Positions 27,775-35,694 of a DNA stretch of 64,000 bases are shown one piece after another (position 1 is the stretch's first letter; every line of letters begins with the position of its first letter). Location of the stretch: positions 330 through 64,329 of the forward strand of contig CAXTHM010000014.1 in the NCBI GenBank assembly GCA_964244115.1, read 5' to 3'. The stretch is from an uncultured Thermomicrobiales bacterium. GTDB lineage: Bacteria; Chloroflexota; Chloroflexia; Thermomicrobiales; UBA6265. The notes under the pieces were generated by a model. The model made no database searches. It was not told the origin of the DNA and was given only the letters and a program-made list of their open reading frames with translations. A program made the position numbers and the translations under genes.

Positions 27775-28983
27775 CTACTCGTTGACCAGTTGCTCCGCGG
27801 CATCGACCGATGGGTCCGGCGCCGGGGACGGTCGGCTGCCCTCGCGGCGCTCCCAGCCGGGGGCGAACAGCGGCAGGAAGTTGCTCACCTCGTACGGGTG
27901 CTTGGCGATCTCGGTCCAGTTCAGGTCCACACCCAGCCCCGGCCGGTCCGGGATGACAATCTTGCCGTCGACGAGCTCGACCGGGTGATCGACGATCTCG
28001 CGCTCCCAGTCGACGTTGAACTCGTCGAACAGTTCCTGCACCAGCAGGTTCGGCGACGACGCGCTGATCTGGATGCAGGACGCCGTCGAGAGCGGCCCCT
28101 GGGCGTTGTGGGGCGCGATCACGGCGTAGTGGGCGTCCGCCATCGCCGCGACCTGGCGCGTCTTCCAGATCCCGCCGAGGTTGCCCGGCTCCGGCTGGAT
28201 GATGTGGACGGCGTTGTGGGCCAGCAGTTCCGCGAACTGGTGCGTGCTGGTCAGGCTCTCACCCGTCGCGACCGGGACGGTCAGCTTGCGGGCGACCTCG
28301 ACGACGCTGTCGATCTTCTGGTGGGCGGTCGGCTCCTCGAACCAGGTCGGCGCGAACTCCTCCAGCCGCGACCCCACCCAGACCGCCTCGGCGACGCTGA
28401 ACCGGCAGTGGCCCTCGATCATGATCTCGATGTCCGGCCCGACGGCCTCGCGGACGGCCCGGACGATCTCGATCGAGAGGTGGCGCTCGCTCGGCACCAT
28501 CGTCCGCCAGGCCGCGCCGAACGGGTCGAACTTCAGCGCCTTGTAGCCGCGCCCGACGACCATCGCCGCCCGCTCGGCGAAGGACTCCGGCGTCCGCGGC
28601 CCGGCGTACCAGCCGTTGGCGTAGGCCGGCAACGCGTCGTGGCACTGCCCGCCGATCAGATCGTAGATCGGCCGGCCGGTGGCCTTGCCGATGATGTCCC
28701 AGCAGGCGGTCTCGACGGCGGCGACCGCGTTCATATGGATCTGTCCGCCCTCGGAGTAGACATCACGGACCATGCGCTGGTAGATCGTCTCGACCTGGAA
28801 CGGGTCCATCCCCTCGAAGCGCGGCGTCAGCTCATGGATGGCCGCCTCGACGGTCCTGGCGAAGGCGTTGAGCGTCCCCTCGCCGATCCCGTACAGCCCC
28901 GGCTGGTCGGTATCGAGCCGGACGAACAGCCAGTTCTTCCACGGGTTGCCGACGAGATAGGTGGTCACGCGGGTGATACGCAT
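27775..28983 (-). CDS. enolase-superfamily dehydratase (mandelate racemase/muconate lactonizing family; galactonate/mannonate dehydratase-like)
   Basis: MRITRVTTYLVGNPWKNWLFVRLDTDQPGLYGIGEGTL..., AVETACWDIIGKATGRPIYDLIGG, EEPT, ATGESL. Start set at ATG 28983 inside the track ORF. Confidence 0.8.
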   Translation of the reverse strand: MRITRVTTYLVGNPWKNWLFVRLDTDQPGLYGIGEGTLNAFARTVEAAIHELTPRFEGMDPFQVETIYQRMVRDVYSEGGQIHMNAVAAVETACWDIIGKATGRPIYDLIGGQCHDALPAYANGWYAGPRTPESFAERAAMVVGRGYKALKFDPFGAAWRTMVPSERHLSIEIVRAVREAVGPDIEIMIEGHCRFSVAEAVWVGSRLEEFAPTWFEEPTAHQKIDSVVEVARKLTVPVATGESLTSTHQFAELLAHNAVHIIQPEPGNLGGIWKTRQVAAMADAHYAVIAPHNAQGPLSTASCIQISASSPNLLVQELFDEFNVDWEREIVDHPVELVDGKIVIPDRPGLGVDLNWTEIAKHPYEVSNFLPLFAPGWERREGSRPSPAPDPSVDAAEQLVNE

Positions 28984-29183
28984 CGGGTCTTCTCCTGCAT
29001 CCTGTGCACCCTGGCACGGCGCCACGCCATTGCGGTCCGCCGGGATGATAGCGCGATCGCCCACGGCGCCACCTGCCCGGGATGATCGGCTCCTGACCGG
29101 AGACGCGCTGCCCGGAGCTGTCGGTCGCACGATAGAATGGAGACGGCAGGAGCGTCCGAACGGATCACGGATCGAGGAGAGCG

Positions 29184-29519
29184 ATGGACGGACGGACGAC
29201 CACAACCCCGTCGTTACCGGCGATCCTGACCGACCGTCTGGGCGAGATCGCCGCGGTCTGTCGGGAGTACGGGGTGCGCGAACTCTACGTCTTCGGCTCG
29301 GCCGTCCACGGCACGTTCGATCCGGAGACGAGCGATCTCGACTTCATGGTCAACCTGGGGGAGTACGAGCTGGAGATCGCCAGTCGGTATGTCCGGTTCT
29401 ACGAGGCCCTAAGAGCAGTGTTTGATCGAGACATTGATCTCATAACGGTACGTTCGAGGGGTAGCGACCGTTTTCTGGCGCGTGTCATCGAGACGCGCGA
29501 GCTTCTCTATGCCGCCTAG
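29184..29519 (+). CDS. MNT-type nucleotidyltransferase antitoxin (MntA-like)
   Basis: LYVFGSAVHGTFDPETSDLDFMV (GS..DxD minimal nucleotidyltransferase motif). 111 aa. Followed by a DUF86/HepT reading frame. Confidence 0.75.
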   Translation: MDGRTTTTPSLPAILTDRLGEIAAVCREYGVRELYVFGSAVHGTFDPETSDLDFMVNLGEYELEIASRYVRFYEALRAVFDRDIDLITVRSRGSDRFLARVIETRELLYAA

Positions 29520-29870
29520 GCGCGGTCGTAGTGTCGAGGATTCGCTGCGAGACGCCCTGCTTGCCGCAACGAAATCATCGAATGGACCAGCAACAAGACC
29601 TTCACCGATTACACGACTGACAAACGGATGCGGTACTCCCTTGAACGTCAGTTCGAGGTTCTGGGTGAGTCACTGAATGCCGCTGATCGCATCGAGGAGA
29701 ATCTTCGGCACACGATTCCGGAGATCGGCGAATTCATCGGATTGCGGAACGTCATTGCTCACGCGTACTTCCGGATCGACGACGAAGTCATCTGGTCGGC
29801 GATCCGGGTTGACATCCGCTCATTCAGACAAGGATCGTTGACTATCTCGGAGGCGATCACGATCCAGTGA
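29509..29870 (+). pseudogene. HepT/DUF86 (HEPN) toxin, frameshifted
   Basis: Frame 1 from ATG 29509: MPPRRGRSVEDSLRDALLAATK. Frame 0 continues IIEWTSNKTFTDYTTDKRMRYSLERQFEVLGESL...GLRNVIAHAYF (Rx4HxY HEPN motif). Joining them needs one extra base in the AAA run at 29572-29574. Frame 0 has no start before ATG 29628. Confidence 0.6.
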
Positions 29871-30259
29871 CGATGACCCCGATCACTCCGTCGATGAGAA
29901 CGCTCAATACCGTCAATCGCCCTTAGGCGCCGCAGAACCGGACGCCGCTATCGAGCGTTAGGTTAGGTAATGGCCCGGGCCACCCCGTCCGGATAGCGCC
30001 AGGGTTGTCCCGATCGGACCATCAACCGGATGGGTCGGTCGTCTTGACGCCCGGTCAACGCGCTGTCAGCATTGCTTTCAAACGCCCCCTCAGGCGATGT
30101 GATCCGCGCCCGATCCGGCCCGCGCACCGAACCCGGGACCGCCGCATCGTCGCCGGCGCCGGTCCGGCGGCCCTTCGACCGGGCCGCCAGCGGGACCGAT
30201 CTCTCACCCAGCCTGGAGTACTCGTCCGCGTGAATCAGTACCGCCGCCCCTCGTACGCC

Positions 30260-32776
30260 ATGGCCCCACCCACCCGCTCGGCCCGCTGGCCGTGGGCGCT
30301 GCTGATCGTCGTACTGCTCGCGATCGGCGCGATCGGCGCCCTGATCATCACCGACGGCAACCTCACCGGTGGCGACGACGGCCCCGAGACCGTGCCCGGT
30401 CCCAACGGCGAGATGATCATCGTCTCGCGGACCAGTCCGTCCGGAGAGGCGTCGGCGTCGGCGCCGGTCGCGTCGGCACCGACCGACGATGACGCGGGAT
30501 CGGCCGGCGACCCGGCCGCGAGCCCGGCCGATGGCAGCGCCCTCGCCAGTGCCGGGCCGACGGTCCCGCTCCCGACGTCGACGCCGGCTGGCCCGACCAA
30601 CACCGAGCTGGCCGCGGACTGGGCGGCGACCTGGCAGACCGGCGATTTCCAGGCGATGTACGGTCTGCTCAGCGACGCGGCCAGGGACACGATCTCCGAG
30701 GACGACTTCGTGGCTCGCTACCAGGCGATCTACGACCGCGCCACGATCACCAACGTCGTCGTCACGCTCGGCACCGACCCGCTGGCCGCCGACGCCGACG
30801 CCGTCCCGTTCAACGCCGCATTCACCTCGACGGCGCTCGGCGAGTTCGATCAGGACAACACCCTGCCGCTGGTTCAGCAGAACGGGGTCTGGACCGTCGA
30901 CTGGACGCCGTCAGCGATCTTCGACGGGCTCGACGACGACGGCTGCGTCGACCTCCAGAGCGACCCGACCGAGCGCGGCCGCATCCTCGACCGCAACGGC
31001 GAGATCCTCGCGCGGGACGATTTCTTCGACATCATCGGGGTCGACACCGGCGCGATCACCGACGCGGACGGCCTGAACCGCGGTCTGGCCAGTCTGCTCG
31101 GGATGAGCGCGGATGACGTCGCCGCGGCCTGGGCCAATGGCGTCGACGGTCAGTTCACTCCGATCCGTGGGCTCCCCGAGCGTCAGGTGACGCCGGAGAT
31201 GCTCGGCGAATTCGACCTGATCGACGGTGTCCAGGTCCAGCGGACCTCGGGTCGCTCCTACCCGTTCGGCGCCGTCGCGGCCCACATCACCGGCTACGTC
31301 ACGGTTGCGAGCGAGGAGGACATCGCCGCCGACCCGACCATCGCCGCCGGCAGCACGATCGGCCGGTCGGGACTCGAGGCGGGGGCCAACGACACGCTGG
31401 CCGGTGTCTCCGGGCTGGCGCTCTCGGTCGTGGACTGCACCTCCCGGGCGACCCGATCCACGATCGCCGAGCGGGCGGCCGTGCCAGGGCAGGACCTGAT
31501 CCTGACGATCGACATCGGCCTCCAGCAGGCGGTCGACAAGGTGCTGACCGACGTCGAGGGCACGGATGAGCGCGGCAGCGCCGTCCTGCTCGACCCGCGC
31601 AACGGGGCGGTCCTGGCGATGGCCTCCCACCCGACCTACGACCCCAACGGCTTCGTGCTCGGGTTCGACGAGAAAGCGCTGGCCCGGATCAACGACGACA
31701 CGCTCGCCCCGCTTCGCAACCGCGCCGCTGACAGTGCCTATCCAGTCGGATCGATCTTCAAGATCATCACGATGGCCGCCGGGATGGCCCACCTCGGCTA
31801 CGACGAGACCACCGTCCTGGAATGCCCGTCGTCGTACGAACTCAACGGCAACATCTACAACGACTGGGTGGTCGAGTGGGGCGAGCAGCCGCAGGGGCAA
31901 CTGACGCTTCACGACGCCCTTGTCCAGTCCTGCAACACCGTCTTCTATGACATCGGCGCCAAACTGGACCAGCAGGACGACCTGTTCCTGCCCGACATGG
32001 CCCGGTCGTTCGGGCTTGGCGCGCCGACCAACATCCCGTACCTGCCCGAAGTCGGCGGGACCGTCCCCGACGCCGCCTGGAAGGCGGAAGTCATCAGCGA
32101 CGGCTGGTCGACCGGCGACGCGATCAACCTCGCGATCGGACAGGGTTTCCTCGAAGCGACCCCGCTCCAGATGGCCAACGCCTACGCGACGATGGCCAAC
32201 GGCGGCACGCTGCTGGAGCCGTACATGGTCGAGTACACCCAGATCCCCGGCGGCCCCGCCACCCGCGTCGGTGAGCGCAAGGAGGTCGGCCAGGTGCCAC
32301 TCGACGCCACCCAGGTCGGCCAGATCCAGCAGGCGCTCCGCGACCAGACCAGCAACGCCGAGGAGCGCGGCTCGGCCCGGGTCTTCGGGGCCGCCTACCC
32401 GTTCGCGATCGCCGGCAAGACCGGGACGTCCGAGAGCTCGACCGAGCGCGGCAGCCAGCCCCACTCCTGGTTCGCCGCCTTCGGCCCCTGGGAGGACACC
32501 AGTTCCGTCCCGACGATCGCGTCCATCGTGATGCTGGAGAACAAGGGCGAGGGCGGCAAGGTCGCGGCCCCGGCGACCAAGGCGATCTACGACTACTACA
32601 TGACGACCGACCTCGCCGACCGGACCGACAGCGACGGGTCACCACCGCAGGCCATCGAGCCCGACCCGGCCGAACAGTACCCGGCCACCCTGCCGGCCAC
32701 CTCGCCGGCCCCGAGTACGAGCGGCCGCCGTCGCAAGGCGACCGTCCGGCTGCGTCCACGTCGCGTGGACGCATGA
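30260..32776 (+). CDS. class B penicillin-binding protein (transpeptidase) with NTF2-like N-terminal domain
   Basis: TM anchor WPWALLIVVLLAIGAIGALII. NTF2/MecA_N-like WAATWQTGDFQAMYGLLSD. SxxK = VGSIFKIIT, SxN = VQSCNTVF, KTG = AGKTGTSE. Low-complexity P/A/T tail. Start set at ATG 30260. Confidence 0.85.
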   Translation: MAPPTRSARWPWALLIVVLLAIGAIGALIITDGNLTGGDDGPETVPGPNGEMIIVSRTSPSGEASASAPVASAPTDDDAGSAGDPAASPADGSALASAGPTVPLPTSTPAGPTNTELAADWAATWQTGDFQAMYGLLSDAARDTISEDDFVARYQAIYDRATITNVVVTLGTDPLAADADAVPFNAAFTSTALGEFDQDNTLPLVQQNGVWTVDWTPSAIFDGLDDDGCVDLQSDPTERGRILDRNGEILARDDFFDIIGVDTGAITDADGLNRGLASLLGMSADDVAAAWANGVDGQFTPIRGLPERQVTPEMLGEFDLIDGVQVQRTSGRSYPFGAVAAHITGYVTVASEEDIAADPTIAAGSTIGRSGLEAGANDTLAGVSGLALSVVDCTSRATRSTIAERAAVPGQDLILTIDIGLQQAVDKVLTDVEGTDERGSAVLLDPRNGAVLAMASHPTYDPNGFVLGFDEKALARINDDTLAPLRNRAADSAYPVGSIFKIITMAAGMAHLGYDETTVLECPSSYELNGNIYNDWVVEWGEQPQGQLTLHDALVQSCNTVFYDIGAKLDQQDDLFLPDMARSFGLGAPTNIPYLPEVGGTVPDAAWKAEVISDGWSTGDAINLAIGQGFLEATPLQMANAYATMANGGTLLEPYMVEYTQIPGGPATRVGERKEVGQVPLDATQVGQIQQALRDQTSNAEERGSARVFGAAYPFAIAGKTGTSESSTERGSQPHSWFAAFGPWEDTSSVPTIASIVMLENKGEGGKVAAPATKAIYDYYMTTDLADRTDSDGSPPQAIEPDPAEQYPATLPATSPAPSTSGRRRKATVRLRPRRVDA

Positions 32777-32785
32777 CGGGTTCTC

Positions 32786-32980
32786 ATGAACCTTGTCGAT
32801 GGGTCGGAGTCGACGACGTCGAGGGGGGGGGTCGATGACCTCGTCGCGCGTGGCGTCCGGATCGAGCGGTACGGCGGGATGGACCAGGACGAGCGCGGCA
32901 TCGACCGCGGCGGCGGACCGCCGATCGCCTGGTTCACGGACCCCGCCGGGAACGTCCTGTCGGTGATCAGCGGGACCTGA
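32786..32980 (+). pseudogene. C-terminal fragment of a VOC/glyoxalase-family gene
   Basis: ...[16 protein letters not shown]......[15 protein letters not shown] is a typical last beta-alpha-beta-beta-beta module of a VOC domain. The frame opens only at 32777, so the N-terminal half is missing. Contains a G9 run at 32823-32831. Confidence 0.45.
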
Positions 32981-33063
32981 CGAGATCGAGAACACGCCGC
33001 GACCGGAGCCCGGCCCGTTGCCCGACACACCGTGCGACGGCCCAGTACGCAGCCGGTTCTCGC

Positions 33064-33281
33064 ATTGCCGGGCGGCTGCGGCGCCCGGTCAGAGGCAATT
33101 GCTTTCGGATTTCGTCGGCAGTGAAGCTAGCATCAGGTGACAGGTCACGAGCGGCCGATTCCATTCATCAATATTCGTGAATCACCCCTGAGCCGGGCGG
33201 CTTTAGCCTCCGGGTGCGCCAACGGGCGAGCCCGGAAAGTCGAGCATTTTCGAGTTGCCGGGCGGCTTCAGCACTCGGTCC
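33064..33281. repeat. three family-B hairpin units upstream of the E1 gene
   Basis: ATTGCCGGGCGGCTGCGGCGCCCGGTC (33064-33090), CCCCTGAGCCGGGCGGCTTTAGCCTCCGGGTGCGCC (33185-33220), TTCGAGTTGCCGGGCGGCTTCAGCACTCGGTCC (33249-33281). Confidence 0.7.
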
Positions 33282-33459
33282 GGAGCGCTCGCTTCATGGA
33301 GTCCGTCCGGGAGAGAAGCGCAGTCCTGGAGGCGATCACCGCAACAGCACCGCCCGGCCCATCCGGCCCGTGGATACATCGACCGGCAGCCCCTATCATT
33401 GTCCGCACGCCTGTTCGCGTCGTTCCCACAGCCCCTCGCCCGAAGGAGACTGGCCCGCG

Positions 33460-34704
33460 ATGCCGCCCCCGGTCGCCTTCCTGCCCTCTACCGAATCGAT
33501 CGCCCCCGACCCCGCCGACCGTTACGCCCGGCAGCGGCTCCTGCCGTGGTGGGACCAGGACCGGCTGGCCGCGGCGCGGGTCGTCGTCGCTGGGGCCGGC
33601 GCCGTCGGTAACGAGGCGCTCAAGCTGCTCGCCCTCGTTGGTGTGGGCGAGATCGTCGTGGTCGATTTCGACACCGTCTCGCCCTCGAACCTGAGCCGGA
33701 CCGTCCTGTTCCGGGCCGAGGACGTCGGGCAGCCCAAGGCCGCGCTGGCCGCCCGCCGGACGAGGGAGATCAACCCGGAGGTCCACGTCGCCGCGATCGA
33801 CGGGGACATCGGCCGCGACCTCGGGCTGGCAACGCTGGCTGGGGCCGACGTCGTCCTCGGCGGGCTGGACAGCATCAACGCCCGCTGGTCGCTGAACCGG
33901 CGCTGCCTCCAGGCCGGCGTCCCCTGGATCAACGCCGGGATCACCGCCTCCGATGTCCAGGTCAGCCGGCACGTCCCCGGCGAGGGCGCCTGCTACGAGT
34001 GCACCTTCACCGAGGGGATGGCGCGGCGGTTCAACGCGCGCTCCTCCTGCACCGGGCTCGTCCGCCGGACGCCGGACCGGACGGTGCCGACGACCGCGAT
34101 CGGCGCCTCGGTCGTCGCCGGGCTGATGGTCCACGACGCGCTCCGCTTCCTGCACGACCCGGCCACCGGGCTCCGGGCCGGCCAGCGCCAGACCCTCCTG
34201 CTGGATGGCTATCGCCAGTTCCTCGACGATCTGCCCGTCGACCCGGACTGCCCGGCCCACACCGACCCGGTCCGCGACTGGACCACGACCGACCGTGACC
34301 CGGCCACGACCTCGGCCCGGGCACTGGCCAGTACCGCCGGGCTGTCGGAGGCGACCTGGCTGGAGTTGACGTTCGAGCTCGTTCTGGGCTTCTCCTGCCC
34401 CGCTTGCGGCGTGACGGAGGATGTCGGGCGACCGACCGCCGCCGTCTACGAGGAGGAGATCCTCTGCCCGACCTGCCGGCAGGAACGGATCGTCGCCCGT
34501 GGCACCCGTGTCCCGCTCGACGGCCCGCTCGCCGAACGGCCCCTGGCCAGCCTCGGCGTCCCGCCGCACGATCTGGTCGCTGTCGGAATCGGCGACCGGG
34601 CCGGAACATGGCTGGAGACGGGCGGGGAGTCACCGTGGCGAACCATCCCGGACCGACCGACACAGCACCGACCCGAAACCGTACCGACAGGAGCCCAGCG
34701 ATGA
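33460..34704 (+). CDS. ThiF/MoeB-family E1-like ubiquitin-like-protein activating enzyme
   Basis: RYARQRLLPWW, Rossmann VVVAGAGAVGNEALKLLALVGVGEIVVVDFDTVSPSNLSRTVLF, CYEC, SSCTG. C-terminal extra domain with CPACG...CPTCR. GAAGGAGA RBS before ATG 33460. The stop overlaps the next start (ATGA). Confidence 0.85.
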   Translation: MPPPVAFLPSTESIAPDPADRYARQRLLPWWDQDRLAAARVVVAGAGAVGNEALKLLALVGVGEIVVVDFDTVSPSNLSRTVLFRAEDVGQPKAALAARRTREINPEVHVAAIDGDIGRDLGLATLAGADVVLGGLDSINARWSLNRRCLQAGVPWINAGITASDVQVSRHVPGEGACYECTFTEGMARRFNARSSCTGLVRRTPDRTVPTTAIGASVVAGLMVHDALRFLHDPATGLRAGQRQTLLLDGYRQFLDDLPVDPDCPAHTDPVRDWTTTDRDPATTSARALASTAGLSEATWLELTFELVLGFSCPACGVTEDVGRPTAAVYEEEILCPTCRQERIVARGTRVPLDGPLAERPLASLGVPPHDLVAVGIGDRAGTWLETGGESPWRTIPDRPTQHRPETVPTGAQR

Positions 34705-35048
34705 CCGAGCCCATCCAGCAGCCCACCCCCGGCACCCCCAACGAGATGACGCTGAACATCCGGACCGCCAATCGGGACCGCAAGGCCGAGATCGCCGTCG
34801 ACCCGACCGTGACGGTCTCGGAGATCCTCGAAGCCGCCATGCAGAACTGGGCCCTGCCGACGGACTACGACTACGTCGTCCGCAGCGACCGCCTCGGGAC
34901 CCAGCTCCGCCCCTCGGCGACGCTGATCGGCAGCGGCGTCCGCGAGGGCGACATCCTCGAGATCCAGCCGATCGCCGACGCCGGCAGCTCGGCCGGTCGG
35001 CAGGTCCTGCTCTGGCTGGACCCGGTCGGAGCCTGCCCGTGGGCGTGA
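34701..35048 (+). CDS. small ubiquitin-like (beta-grasp-sized) protein, probable precursor
   Basis: 115 aa wedged between the E1 and E2 genes with overlapping stops and starts. The ~80-aa core ends ...GDILEIQPIADAG (Gly95), followed by a 20-aa tail. The fold is inferred from size, context and pattern, not proven. Confidence 0.65.
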   Translation: MTEPIQQPTPGTPNEMTLNIRTANRDRKAEIAVDPTVTVSEILEAAMQNWALPTDYDYVVRSDRLGTQLRPSATLIGSGVREGDILEIQPIADAGSSAGRQVLLWLDPVGACPWA

Positions 35049-35566
35049 TGATCCGCCGGCGGCAGGCCGACCTCGAACGGCTCCGCGAACTGGCGGCGGC
35101 CAACCCCGGCCGGATCGAGATCGTCGCCGTCGAGGGCGAGCCCCCGACGATGATCCGCTTCCGGCTCACCTGCCAGAGCATCACCGAGCTGTCCGCATCG
35201 GGCCAGCCCACCCTCGGCGGCAGCCACCTCCTCCGGGTCCACTTCGGCCAGCGCTACCCGCTGGAGCCGCCGCTGGTCTACGTCGAGTCGCCGATCGCCA
35301 ACCCGCACGTCTTCCCGACCACCCGGCGGATCTGCATCGGCGCCGCCTGGATCCCGTCGGAGACGCTCGACCTGTTCACCCAGCGCGTCTGGGCGATCCT
35401 GGCCTGGGACCCGCAGGTGATCGACCCCGGCAGCCCGGCCAACATGACCGCGCTGAAGTGGTCCGAGGACCACCGGGACCGCCTGCCGATCGAGCCGACC
35501 CGCCTCCGGAACGCCGGGACCCTCGTGCAGGTCGACGCCAAACCGCGCCTGAGCTGGCGGGGCTAG
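35048..35566 (+). CDS. E2-like ubiquitin-conjugating enzyme (UBC fold)
   Basis: LLRVHFGQRYPLEPPLVYVESPIANPHVFPTTRRICIGAAWIPSETL matches the YPxxPP...HPN...C...W.P block of E2s. Candidate catalytic Cys96 = 35333-35335. An alternative GTG start lies at 35045. Confidence 0.8.
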   Translation: MIRRRQADLERLRELAAANPGRIEIVAVEGEPPTMIRFRLTCQSITELSASGQPTLGGSHLLRVHFGQRYPLEPPLVYVESPIANPHVFPTTRRICIGAAWIPSETLDLFTQRVWAILAWDPQVIDPGSPANMTALKWSEDHRDRLPIEPTRLRNAGTLVQVDAKPRLSWRG

Positions 35567-35596
35567 ACGCGGACGGGCGGCTCGACGGACAACGAT

Positions 35597-35660
35597 CGTA
35601 GGGTCACGGGCTTGCCCTGACCGGTCGCCGCAGCGGCCATCGCCCCGCAGGGCGATAATT
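35597..35660 (-). repeat. family-A repeat inserted between the E2 and JAB genes
   Basis: CGTAGGGTCACGGGCTTGCCCTGACCGGTCGCCGCAGCGGCCATCGCCCCGCAGGGCGATAATT. Confidence 0.8.
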
Positions 35661-35694
35661 ATTGGCCGGGCGGCCAGAGGCGGAGGACAGGTCG

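Noticed and set aside
33460-34704. Reading the ThiF-like gene as an ordinary MoeB/ThiF sulfur-carrier adenylyltransferase
   Set aside because: It is followed by a UBC-like E2 with an HPN/Cys block and by a JAMM protease. The small protein between them does not end in GG. No moa or thi genes are adjacent. An E1 role in a conjugation cassette fits better.
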